A stretch of DNA of 63,578 nucleotides, the filler included, from Chiloscyllium plagiosum (Eukaryota), in assembly GCF_004010195.1 (NCBI RefSeq). It is 4 parts of 2 records of this genome, joined end to end, with 100 filler letters (N's around TTAATTAATTAA, not from the genome) between each part and the next. Parts side by side here need not be neighbours in the genome. Positions count along the whole stretch, not along the records: positions 1 to 16,719 come from NC_057716.1; 3 more parts are not named here. One strand, given 5' to 3'. Below, piece after piece: positions 1 to 11,790 of this stretch; positions within the stretch are counted from its first letter, which is position 1; each line of letters opens with the position of its first letter. The notes beneath the pieces were generated by a model. That model saw only the letters and a list, made by a program, of their open reading frames with translations. It was not told the DNA's origin and ran no database searches. The position numbers were made by a program, and so were the translations under genes.

Positions 1-210
1 TAGGGGAGATGTCAGGGGTGGGTTCTTTACCCAGAGAGTGGTGGGGGCATGGAATGCGCTGCCCGTGGGAGTGGTAGAGTCAGAATCTTTGGTGACCTTT
101 AAGCGGCAATTGGATAGGTACATGGTTGGGTGCTTAAGCTAGGACAAATGTTCGGCACAACATCGTGGGCCGAAGGGCCTGTTCTGTGCTGTATTGTTCT
201 ATGTTCTATG
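1..210 (+). mobile_element. CR1 LINE 3' end (young subfamily)
   Basis: End of ORF2 (FFTQRVV motif), then GGGCCGAAGGGCCTG and a (TTCTATG)n tail. About 4 differences from the reverse complement of 47840-48052. Confidence 0.9.
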
Positions 211-332
211 GTGTAGATGTTAGAATTTGTCTGCAGTGAGAGGTTTGGTTGATTGTTCTGAGTGGAGGTGTAAATTGGAATGCCAGGTTGAACAATGGTT
301 CCAAGCAGTCATCTCTATGAATGGGTATTTTT

Positions 333-672
333 AAGACCACAAGACATAGGAGTGGAAGTAAGGCCATTCAGCCCATCGAGTCCACTCCACCATTCAATTA
401 TGGTTGATGGACAATTCACTGCCACTTACCCGCACTCTTCCCATGTCCCTTAATTCCTTGTGAGATTAAGAATTTATCAATCTCTGCCTTGAAGACATTT
501 AACGTACTGGCCTCCACTGCGCTCCGTGGCAATGAATTCCATAGGCCCACCACTCCCTGACTGAAGAAATGTCTCCTCAATTCCATTTTAAATTGGCCCC
601 CTCTAATTCTAAGGCCGTGCCCACGGGTCTGAGTATCCCCGCCTGATGGAAATAAATTCCCAGCGTCAGTCC
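333..672 (-). mobile_element. CR1 LINE 3' end
   Basis: Reverse complement matches the CR1 terminus also seen at 15600-15883. Confidence 0.8.
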
Positions 673-1632
673 TTTAGCAGAGCCCAGCCCAGCTGTCCCC
701 TTTGCTTTTAAAAGTTTTGAAAAGTCCAGGGTCTTGTGCAGTATTTTGGATGATAATTTTTGCTCAATCCTACAAAGCAGCAGTGAGAGGCAATGAGAAA
801 TTTCCATCGGCCAGGAGGTGTGTTGGATGGCAGTTTCAGGAAGGTCGAAGAACCATAGGTACAGGCCACCTCTGGGAAAGGTAGGAGAGATAGGCAGGTA
901 GTGCGGGAGTCTCCTGTGGCTACCCCCATCTCAAACAAGCATGATGTAGGGGGTGATGGACTCTCAGGGGAACGTAGAACTGATAGCCACGTTTCTGCTA
1001 CCGAGATTGCCTCTACTGTAATGAGGGGCATGTTAGGTTCCAAGCGATCAATTGTGAGAAGGGGCTGTCTAGTCAGAGGCACAGACAGACATTCCTACGG
1101 CAGACAGCGAGACATCAGGATAGTGTGGTGCCTCCTGGGTGCCAGGGCCAAGGATGTCTTAGGGAGGGTGCAGAATATTCTCAAAGGGGAGAGTGACGAA
1201 CAGGAGGTCATTGTACGCTTTTGAAGCAATGACGTAGGAAGAGAAAAGGACAAGGTTCTGAGGAGAGAAAATAGGAAATTAGGCAGGAGGTTAAAAAGTA
1301 GGTCCTCAAGCGTGGTAATACCTGGATTACTCCCTGTGCCACGTGCTAGTGAGGTTAGGAATGTGGGGATTGAGCAGATGGATGTGTGGCTGAGGAGCTG
1401 ATGCAAGGAGGAAGGATACAGAGTTTTCGATGATTGGAATCGCTTCTGGGGTAGAATTGACCTGTTTAAGAAGGATGGATTGCACCTGAACTAGAAGGGA
1501 GATGTGCAAGAGCCACTTCAGACGATTTAAATTAGTTGGGGTGGGTGGGTGGGACCCAAAGAGATGGAGGGGGGGGAAGAGATCAGTCTGAGCCTGGTAT
1601 GGTTGGGGGAAAAAAAACAAGTCAGACAGTTA

Positions 1633-1734
1633 GAGAGTCATAGAGATGTACAGCATGGAAACAGACCCTTCGGTCCAACCTGTCCATGCCGACCAGATAT
1701 CCCAACCCAATCTAGTCCCACCTGCCAGCACCCA
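1633..1734 (-). mobile_element. 5'-truncated CR1 3' tail
   Basis: Near-identical to 1959-2059 and similar to 16353-16425. Confidence 0.8.
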
Positions 1735-1958
1735 GGTAGACAGGTTAGTGAAGAAGGCATTTGGTATGCTTTCCTTTATTGGTCAGAGTATTGAGTAAAA
1801 GAGTTGGGAGACCATGTTGTGGCTGTACACGACATTAGTTAAGTCACTTTTAAAACACTCAGTTCAATTCTGGTCTCCCTGCGATAGGAAAGATGTTCAG
1901 AAAGGATTCAGAAAATATTACAAGGATGTTGCCAGGGTTGGAGGGTTTGCGCTATAGG

Positions 1959-2995
1959 GAGAGTCATAGAGATGCACAGCATGGAAACAGACCCTTAAGT
2001 CCAACCCGTCCATGCCGAGCAGATATCCCAACCCAATCTAGTCCCACCTGCCAGCACCCGGCCCATATCCCTCCAAACCCTTCCTATTCATATACCCANN
2101 NNNNNNNNNNNNNNNNNNNNNNNNNNNNNNNNNNNNNNNNNNNNNNNNNNNNNNNNNNNNNNNNNNNNNNNNNNNNNNNNNNNNNNNNNNNNNNNNNNNN
2201 NNNNNNNNNNNNNNNNNNNNNNNNNNNNNNNNNNNNNNNNNNNNNNNNNNNNNNNNNNNNNNNNNNNNNNNNNNNNNNNNNNNNNNNNNNNNNNNNNNNN
2301 NNNNNNNNNNNNNNNNNNNNNNNNNNNNNNNNNNNNNNNNNNNNNNNNNNNNNNNNNNNNNNNNNNNNNNNNNNNNNNNNNNNNNNNNNNNNNNNNNNNN
2401 NNNNNNNNNNNNNNNNNNNNNNNNNNNNNNNNNNNNNNNNNNNNNNNNNNNNNNNNNNNNNNNNNNNNNNNNNNNNNNNNNNNNNNNNNNNNNNNNNNNN
2501 NNNNNNNNNNNNNNNNNNNNNNNNNNNNNNNNNNNNNNNNNNNNNNNNNNNNNNNNNNNNNNNNNNNNNNNNNNNNNNNNNNNNNNNNNNNNNNNNNNNN
2601 NNNNNNNNNNNNNNNNNNNNNNNNNNNNNNNNNNNNNNNNNNNNNNNNNNCTCCAGTCTGAAAAACAACCCTCCACCACCACCCTCTGTCTTCTACCTTT
2701 GAGCCAGTTCTGTATCCAAATGGCTAGTTCTCCCTGTATTCCATGCGATCTAACCTTGCTAATCAGTCTCCCATGGGGAACTTTGTCGAACGCCTTACTG
2801 AAGTCCATATAGATCACATCTACTGCTCTGCCCTCATCAATCGTCTTTGTTCCTTCTTCAAAAAACTCAATCAAGTTTGTGAGACATGATTTCCCATGCA
2901 CAAAGACATGTTGACTATCCCTAAGCAGTCCTTGCCTTTCCAAATACATGTACATCCTGTCCCTCAGGATTCCCTCCAACAATTTGCCCACTACC
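1959..2995 (-). mobile_element. CR1 ORF2 reverse transcriptase fragment and 3' tail spanning an N gap
   Basis: RT motifs KSCLTNLIEFFE and YMDFSKAFDKVPHGRL; gap at 2099-2650. Confidence 0.9.
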
Positions 2996-3588
2996 AAGGC
3001 AGGCAGGCACAAAGCAGAGAATGCGATAGGACTAATCAATTAAACTACATTTATTTCAATACGAGAGGTCTGGCAAGTAAGATAGATGAACTCAGGGCAT
3101 GGTAGGGAACACGGGGCTAGGATATCTCAGCTGTTACTGAAACATGGCTGAGGGAGACACAGAACTGGCAGCTTCATGTTCTCGGGGGGTGGCGAGAGAG
3201 GAAGAGGAGGAGAGATTTTGATCAGGGGTAATATTTTGGCTATACTGAGGGAGCATATTCCGGGGAGTACGTCCTAGTAAGTTATTTGAGTGGAACTGAA
3301 AAATTTGAAAGGGATGATCACCTTATTGGGATTGTACTCTAGACCCCCAAATAGTCAGCAGGAAATTGAGAAACACATTTGTAAGGAGATTTCAGATACA
3401 TGTAAAAATAATAGGGTGCTTATGGCAGGGGATTTTAACTTTCCAAACATAGGCTGGGACTACAATACTGTTAAGGGCTTAGGTGGAGAGGAATTTGTTA
3501 AATGTGTATAAGAAATGTTTCTTCTTCAGTCTGTGGATGTACCTACTAGAGAAGTTGCAAAAACTTGACCTACTCTTGGGAAATAAGG

Positions 3589-3784
3589 TTAAAAATCAAA
3601 ACACCAGGTTATAGTCCAACAGGTTTATTTGGAAGCACACTAGCTTTCGGAGCGACGCTCCTTCATCAGGTGATGAAGGAGCGTTGCTCCAAAAGCTAGT
3701 TCTTCCAATTAAACCTGTTGGACTATAACCTGGTGTTGTGATTTTTAACTTTGTTCACCCCAGTCCAACACTGGTATCTCCAAA
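3589..3784. mobile_element. Fold-back Penelope-derived terminal element with hammerhead core
   Basis: Inverted arms about 3588-3668 and 3671-3749, a 35-nt unpaired tail, and a 15-bp duplication TCTTGGGAAATAAGG at 3574-3588 and 3785-3799. Confidence 0.85.
3638..3672 (-). ncRNA. Minimal hammerhead ribozyme motif (intact core)
   Basis: Minus strand reads CAC-CUGAUGA-A-GGAGC(GUC)GCUCC-GAAA-GC-UA-GUG: stem I CAC/GUG, 5-bp stem II, palindromic AGCU in place of stem III. Confidence 0.75.
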
Positions 3785-5009
3785 TCTTGGGAAATAAGGC
3801 AGGGCAAGTGACTGAGGTGTCAGTGGGGGAGCACTTTGGGGTCAGTGATCATAATTCTATTAGTTTTAAAATAGTTTTGGAGAAAGATAGACCGGATGTA
3901 AAAGTTAAGTTTCTAAATTGGAAAAAGGCCAATTTTGATTGTATTAAATAAGAACTTTCAAAAGTTGATTGGGGGGTGCGTTGGGGTGGTGGTGGTGGGA
4001 CCACAGATAGTTGCAGATAAAGGGATAGTTGAAAAGTGGGAGGCCTTCGGCAATGAGATAATGAGAGTCCAGAGATAATATGTGCCTGTTAGGGTGAAGG
4101 GCAAGGCTAGTAGGTGTAGGGAATGCTGGATGATTAGAGAAATTGAGATTCTGGTCAAGAAAAAGCAGGATGCATATAGCATTTATAGGAATCCCTAGAA
4201 GAGTATAAAGGCAGTTGGAGTATACGTAAGAGGAAAATCAGGAGGTCAAATAGGGGATGTGAGATAGCTTTCGCAAAGAGTGTTCAGGAGAATCCAAAGG
4301 GATTCCACAAATCCTGAAAGGACAAAGAGTAACTAGGGAGATAATTGGGCCCGTTAAAGATTAGGAAGGCCACCTATGTGTGGAACCGCAGGAGATGGAT
4401 GAGATACTAAACAAGTATTTTACATTGGTGCTTACTGTGGAGAATGATATGGAAGCTCGATAACTTGGGGAAAGAAATAGTGATACCTTGAGACGTGTCT
4501 ATATTACAGAGGAGGAAGTGCTGGTCTGATCAGGTGTACCCCAGAAAATAGTGGGAAACTTGGGAAGTGATTGCTGGGCCCCTTGTTGAGATATTTGTAT
4601 CATCGCTAGTCACAGGTGAGGTACCAGAAGACTGGAGGTTGGCTAAAGTGGTTCCACTATTTAAGACAGGTGGGTAAGGAAAAACCAATGAACTGTAGAC
4701 GTGTGAGCCTGACATCGGTGGTGGGGCAAGTTGTTGGAGGGGATTCTGAGGGACAGGACTTACATATATTTAGATAGGCAAGGACTGATTAAGGATAATC
4801 AGCATAGCTTTGTGCATGAGAAATCACGTCTCACTGATTTGATTGAGTTTATTGAAGAAGTGATGAAGTTTGTTGAAGGTAGAGTGCTGGACGTTGTCTA
4901 AATGGCCTTCATTAAGGTATTTAACAAGGTTCTGTGTAGTAGATTGGTTAACAAGGTTAGATCACATGGAATGCAGGGAGAACTAGACATTTTCCACAAT
5001 TAAATATCT

Positions 5010-5990
5010 TCCCTCGGTAACTGCTGCTTTCACTCTCCAAGGCTATGCTAAATGTGAGGCAGTTGTGATCACTGTCACCGAAGTGCTCTCCCACTAGGGG
5101 ATCTGACACCTATCCTGGCTCGTTGCTGATCACCAAATCCAAAATGGCCTCTCCCCTCGTCAGTCTGTCTACATACTGAGTAAGGAAACCCTCCTGAACA
5201 CACCTGACAAATTCGGCTCCATCCAAACCATCTGAACTTGGGAGGTTCCAGTCGATATTGGGAAAGTTGAAATCACCCATAACATCAATCCTGCTACTTT
5301 TGCATTTTTCCAGAATCTGCCCTCCTATGAGATCTTCAATTTCTCTACTGCTATTCGGTGGTCTGTAGAAACCCTCCAATATGTGGTGGCTGCTCCCTTG
5401 CTGTTCCTAACTCCCACCCATACTGACTCAGTAGGCAAACCTTCCTCAACAACCTTCGTTTCTGTAGCTGTGATGCACTCTCTGATTAGCAATGCTACAA
5501 CCCCTTCTCTTTTTCCACACTCCCTGTTCTTTCCAAATGTTCTAAACTCTGGAAAATCAAGCAACCATCCCTGCCCCTGTGAAACCCATGTCTCCGTTAT
5601 GGCCACAACATCGTAGCCCCAAGTACAGATCCATGCTCTAAGTTTGTCACTCTTATTTCGGACACTCCTTGCATTAAAGCGGACACACTTTAACCGATCC
5701 CTTTGTTTCATCATGTGAGAAACCTTCCTGATAGATTCAATATATCCTGTCACTGTCCCGTCTGCAACTGACCCCCTGTCAGACATGTGGCTCTGATTCC
5801 CACCCCTTGCCAAACTAGTTTAAACCCTCCCAAATCACACGAGCAAATCTCCCACCCAGGACATTTGTGCCCCTTCAGTTCAGGTGCAACCCATCCTGCA
5901 TGTACAGGTCCCAGCTTCCCCAGAAGGTATCCCAATGGTCAAGGTATCCGAATCCCTCGCTCCTGCACCAGCCTTGCTCTCACTACTTGG
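5010..5990 (-). mobile_element. CR1 fragment (ORF1 end and ORF2 endonuclease)
   Basis: FNARSVRNK, VAITETW, YRPPNS, GDFNFP, EAILDLV. Confidence 0.9.
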
Positions 5991-7504
5991 CACTTCCCAC
6001 TTGCTATCATTCACCCCCAACACCACGTACCCTGTATGTCCTCTGGGCTGCCTGCTTACTCACCTCCAGACCTTCCCCACCTGCACCAACAGTAGTAGCT
6101 GTGCCACATAATTTCATGCATTGTAATACCTGCCTCTCTCTGTCTGAATTCACAAGGAAAACAGCTCACAGTCAGGCATGTGTTGCCCAACATTTGGCTC
6201 CGAACCACTTAGGTTGAGAGAATTTGACCCCGGGCTGGTATCGAAGGCTGCTCCTGACTTATTGCACCAATATGAATTTTGGGGAACACTCTTCCCCCTT
6301 GGACCTGTCTGAGGTCTGCTGACACCCAGGGGCAAACTTTCAGGCTTTGTGTCTGCACTCGATGAACAGCAAGACAGCAGTAATATGAACCTGGTATCTC
6401 TGGGCTGAGGGGCAAAGGTCAATAATACTAAGCGAGGCAGAGCTGCTGTTACTATCCAGATAGTCTCGGAGTGAGTTAGTACTGTGAGACTGAGCGAACA
6501 GCCTGGAAATGCTGCCTGGTCCAGTCCCATGAACTGATTGTGTCCCCCTGAGTGCTCAGTGTTAACGCTGCAGCATTACAATGAGAGTTACTGATGCAGC
6601 ACTGTTGTGCAGAAGTGTACTGTAACTGGATTGGAGATGTGCCATGAGGGTTCACAGAAGCTGCTACATATCAGATGCCAGTGTTTGTGGACATGGATAT
6701 GAGCACTTGGTGCCCTGGGATGTTGGCGCCAAGTGTCCAACATGGAGCTCCTTTGAAGCAAACAGCAGGCTGAATTTACGTGGTACTTACTCTGAGTTCC
6801 AAGCTGAGATTGCTCAATGTCGAGCTTGTTTGGTAAGTTACAAGTTTGAATATTCATAGTTTGGACAAGATGTGGCGTTAAGAAGACATTGAACAAGCAA
6901 TAATGATTGCCTCGTGAGAATCTCACTGCATTGCTTGTTGAAAGGATAAAGAGTAAAGAGAAATTCTGTGGTGAGATAGGCCTCACTCTACTTATCTGAT
7001 TCTGTCCTGATCTCACCATAGCCCATGTCACTCAGACTTTCTTGGGATTCTGCCTGTAATATGAAACCAGACTCTGTAACCAGACGCTGACAGAATAATG
7101 GACCAGCTTGAGGGAATGGATGTTCAGGTACTGACAAGATACATCCCAACAAAGGGGCTAAGGGAGGGTCAAACCAAAAACAGGAGTTCTTTGATGATGA
7201 TGGAGATGATGAAAAAAATTTAAAATGAGGATGCGTAATGCATGTCAGATGAATTCTTAAATACTTGAGGATCAGAGGGAAGATGAAGATGAAGAGGAAA
7301 TAACACTGGCAATGCAACTATTTGAGAACACCATGGCAATTAACATGAACTCAAAACCCTTCAACTGATATTGTGTTCAATTGTTCTGCTTTTGATTGTT
7401 GGAGCCTGTTAAAAAGTGAACTCGCTGATTCAGTTTGGGTGTGACTCCAGAGGAAAGTAAACAAAGCTGTGGGAAGAGTTGGAGCTGAAGGGTAGACATG
7501 TTAA

Positions 7505-10500
7505 ATCAGCATCGAAGAATGTGGTGCTGGAAAAGCACAGCTGGTCAGGCAGCATCCGAGGAGCAACATTTTAGGAATTACAAGAGGGTGGTGCCAAGTT
7601 GGAAGGTTGGATCTGGGATATGGTGGGGAAAGGGGAAATGAGGTAACTGGTGAAATCCACATTGATCCTGTGTGGTTGGAGGGTCCCGGGGCAGAAGATG
7701 CGGTGTTCCACCTGCAGGCATCTGCTGGTTCGGGTTTGACAGTAGAGGAGGCCCAGAACTTGCACATCCTTGGCGGAGCAGGAGGGGGAGTTGAAGTGGT
7801 CGGCCACGGGGCAGTGAGTTTGTTGGGTGCGGGTGTCCCAGATATGTTCCTGAACTGTTCCACAAGTTGGCATGCTGTCTCCCCAATGTGGAGGAGACCA
7901 CATTGGGAGCAATGGACACAGTAGGTGAGGTGTGTGGAAGTACAGGTAAATCTCTGACGGATTGGAAGGATCCTTTGGAGGTGAGGGGGTAGTATGGGCA
8001 CAGGCTTTGCATTTCTGTAGGGGAAGGTGCTGGGAGGAGAGGGTGGGCATGGAGTTAACAAGGGAGTCGCAGAGGGAATGGTCTCTGCGGAACACAGGGT
8101 GGGTAGGGAAATAGTGCTGAAGTCTGTTTGTTGGTGGTTGAAATGGCGGAGGATGATGCGATGTATCCAGAGGTTGGTGGGGTGGAAGGTGAGGACCCAG
8201 AGGGATTCTATTCCTGTTTGTGGTTGGAGGGGTGGGATTCACGGGCAGAGGTGTGGGAAGTGGAGGGATATGAGCTGGAGGGCATCATCAACTATGTGGG
8301 AGGGGAAATTGTGATCTTTGAAGAAGGAGGCCATCTGGGATGTTCTATAGTGGAATTGATTCTCCTGGGAGTGGATGTGGTGGAGGCGGAGGAATTGGGA
8401 ATAAGGGATTGTGTTTTTGCAGGTGGGAGGTGGTGTCGTCCAGGTAGCTGTGGGAGTTGTTGGGTTTGTGGTACTTGTCAGTGTTGAGTCGGTCACCATT
8501 GATGGAGATGGAGAGGTCCAGGCAGGGGAGGAACGTGTCTGAGACAGTCCAGGTGAATTGGTCAGTGTGAAAGGAGTTGGTGAAGTTGATGAACTGCCCA
8601 ACCTTCGCATGGGAGCACGAGATGGTGCCATACAGTCATCGATGTAGTGAAGGAAAATGTGGGAAATGGTGTCGGTGTAGCTGCGGAAGATGGACTGTTC
8701 CACGTACCTGATGAAGAGGTACACAAAGCTGGGGCCTATGTGGGTTCTCATGGCTACCCTTTTTATCTGGAGGAAGTGGGAGCCTTCGAGGGAGAAATGT
8801 TTGGGATAAGGACCAGTTCAGCCATTGAATGAGTGCGTCAGTGGAAGGGTACTGGTTGGGTCGTCGGGAGAGGAAGAAACGGAGGGCATAGAGGCCTTTA
8901 TCATGGCGGATGGATGTGTAGAGGGACTGGATGTCCATGGTGAAGATGAGGCATAGGGGGCCAGAGAAACGAAAGTCATGGAGGAGCTGGAGGTTGTGGG
9001 TGGTGTCCTGAACGTAGGTGGGGAGTTCCTGGGCCAAGTGGGACAGGATGGTGTCAAGGTATACAGAGATAAGTTCGATGGGGCAGGAGACTGAGATGAT
9101 GGTCGGTCGGAGCAGTCAGGTTTGTGAATCTTGAGTAGGAGGTAGAACCGGGCAGTGTGGGGTTCCCGAGCTTTGAGGTTGGGGGCTGTGGATGGGAGAT
9201 CCCCAGAGGTGAAGAGGTTGTGGATGGTTTGGGAGATGATGGTTTGGTGATGGGAGGTGAGGTTGTGGTTGAGAGGATGGTAGGAGGTGTCCGCGAGTTG
9301 GTGCCTGACTTCAGCGGTGTAGACAAAAGTGAGGACTGCAGATGCTGGAGATTAGAGTTGTGTGGTGCTGGAAAAGCACAGCAGGTCAGGCAGCATCCGA
9401 GGAGCAGGAGAATCAACGTTTCGGGCAAAAGCCCTTCATCACCGACTTCAGCGGTGTAGAGGTCGTTGCATGAAATTACCACCTGCAACCAATCCCCCTC
9501 ATTGTCTGCAGGTTTGATGATGGTGTTGGGGTTGGAGCAGAGGGAGTGGAGGCTGAGAGTTGAGGGTGAGAGGTTAGAGTGGGGGAGGGAGGTGGACCCC
9601 CCCTTGCAACGTGCAGCCCTCCACTGTTACCGCTCCAACTCAAACCTCACCATCAGACCTGCAGACAAGGTTGGGTGGGGGCGCAGTGGTAGTTTGATGC
9701 ACTGAACTCTGCACCACTGAAGCCAGGCACCAACTCTCAGACACCTCCTACTGCCCCCTCAACCACAACCTCACTTCCCATCACCAAACCATCATCTCAC
9801 AGACCATCCACAACCTCATCACCTCAGGGGATCTCCCACCCACCGGCTTCACCCTAGGACTCCACCCCTCCAACCACAACAAGGACAGAACCCCTCTGGT
9901 CCTCACCTTGCACCTCACCAACCTCCCAGATACATCGCGTCATCCTCCATCATTTCCACCACCTACAAACGGACCCCACCACCAGGAATAAATTTCCCAC
10001 CACACTCTATCTGCATTCTGGAGAGGCCATTCCCTCTGCAACTCACTTGGTAGGTCCACACCTTCCCACCAACCCACCCTCCCCTCCTGGCACCTTCTGC
10101 CACTGTAGGAAGTGCAAAACCTGCACCCACACCTCCTCCTCCTCCAAGGCCCCAAAATATCTTTCCATATCTGACAGAGATTTACCTGCACTTCCACACA
10201 TGTCATTTACTGTGTCCATTGTTCCTGATGTGGTCTCCCCCGCATCAGGGAGACAGGATGCCAAATTGTGGATCGTTTCAGGGAACATCTCCAGGTCACC
10301 CTCACCAATCAACCCCACTGCCCCGTGGCCGAAGACTTCAACTCCCCCTCCCCTCTGCTGAGAACATGCAGGTCCTGGGCCTCCTCCATCGCCGCTACCT
10401 CACCACCAAACACCTGGAGAAAGAACGCCTCATCTTCTGCCTCGGGACCCTCCAACCCCAGGGCATCGATGTGGATTTCACCAGTTTCCTCATTTTTCCT

Positions 10501-10830
10501 CCTGCGCCCCCCCCACCTTACCCCAGTCCCAACCTTCCAGCTCAGTACCACTCTCATGACCCATTCTACCTGTCCATCTTCCCTCCCACCTATCCACTCC
10601 ACCCTCCCCTCTGAACTATCTCCTTCACCCCCACCTTCATCTACCTATCGCCTTCCCAGCGACTTACCCCCACCTCCCATTTATCTCTCTGTCCCCTTGG
10701 CACACCCGCCCCCATTCCTGATGAAGGTCTTATGTCTCCTGCTCTTCGGATGCTGCCTGACAGGCGATGTGTTTCCAGCACCAAGCTCTTCAACGCTGAT
10801 CTCCAACATCTGCAGTCCTCACCTTTCTCC
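7505..10830. mobile_element. Penelope-like element as a head-to-head inverted pair: minus arm 7505-~9597 (RT + GIY-YIG), plus arm ~9600-10830 (internally deleted)
   Basis: RT motifs LPTYVQDTTH, FTMDIQSLYTSIRH, HIGPSFVYLF, FLHYIDD; GIY-YIG-like LTYCVHCSQCGLLHIGET. Both outer ends are element 3' termini. Confidence 0.88.
9324..9441 (-). mobile_element. 118-bp Penelope terminal fragment starting at a hammerhead core, inserted into the Penelope RT region
   Basis: 17-bp duplication GACTTCAGCGGTGTAGA at 9307-9323 and 9444-9460. Minus strand starts UGAUGA-A-GGGC(UUUU)GCCC-GAAA-CGUU. Confidence 0.85.
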
Positions 10831-11199
10831 AGGTTAAGCCAATGTGCATCAAACCTATTGCTGGCATTGAATCTTGTGTCACCCCTGCGTAGGTCTGGAG
10901 GATAGCCTTAGATTGACTACTGGGCCTATTGTCAAAAGAGTTCACTCTCTCCTTGGCATCTCTTGTGGAACTTTCACCATTTGGTCACGAAATATTTGCC
11001 CTTAGACGATGTATACATATTACCTTCTTGGAGATCCCTGCTACATTTGAAATGTCCAACCCTGTAGCAACCAAGTAGGTCTGCATCCCCATAATCCACT
11101 GATCTTGCAACAAGATGATTTACCCAGTGAGAAAATGAAAGGTGCAGGTACCACTAATTTTAAACTTTTCTTCAGCATTGCCACTTGTGGGTTTTTTTA

Positions 11200-11790
11200 T
11201 TAATAGAGGTCTACAGCACAGAAAAAGGCCCTTTGGCCCAACATATCTGTGCTGGTCGAAAACAACCACCTAACTATTCTTATCACATTTTCCAACATTT
11301 GGCCCATAGTCTTGTATGGTGCACATCTAAGTTCTTCTTAAATGTTATGAAGGTTCTGCTTCTTCTACCCTTGCAGGTAGTGAGTTCCAGATTCCCACCA
11401 CACTCTGGGTGAAAAACATTTTCCTCACATCTCCATTAAACCTCCTGCCGCTTACCTTCAATCTATGCCCCTGGGTTATTGATCACTCCACCAAGGGGAG
11501 ATGTTGCTTTGTGTCCGTGTCCCTCATAATTCTGCTCAAAGGAAAATAACTTCAGTCTGTCCAATCTGTCTGCATAATTGAAACTGGTAAATCTCATCTG
11601 CACTCCCTCCAGTGCTATCACATCCCTCCTATCATGTTGATTCCAGAACTGCACACACAACTCCTGCTGTGACCTAAATACAGTTTTATACACTTCCAGC
11701 AATAACTACCTGCTCTTAGTCTGTATGTCTTGGCTAATAAAGACAAGTATCCCATATGCTTTAAATCCCATAAATATCCCATGTCCTACA
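11200..11790 (-). mobile_element. Decayed CR1 ORF2 C-terminus and 3' end
   Basis: CVQFWN, ALEGVQMRFT, LKLFSFE. Confidence 0.8.

Larger units (their letters stand above)
690..4990 (+). mobile_element. Decayed CR1 LINE (ORF1 esterase, ORF2 APE endonuclease and partial RT), interrupted by nested insertions at about 1631-2995 and 3589-3784
   Basis: ORF1 motifs VWCLLGARAKDV and DGLHL; endonuclease motifs YFNTRG, YSRPPNS, GDFNFP, SDHN. Host sequence resumes at about 2994 after GTCAGACAGT (1621-1630). Many stops and frameshifts. Confidence 0.85.
7250..11170 (-). mobile_element. Possible very old PIF/Harbinger transposase remnant (about 7250-7500 and 10840-11170) split by the Penelope insertion
   Basis: Only faint motif echoes, such as RTIEHNI near 7370-7390 resembling the HARBI1-type RxxIExTIG segment. 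No open frame. Confidence 0.3.

Noticed and set aside
1893..3039. Long ORFs at 1893-2702, 2038-3039, 14139-15398 and 14806-15416
   Set aside because: Their length comes from N runs; the real residues are CR1 or SINE fragments.
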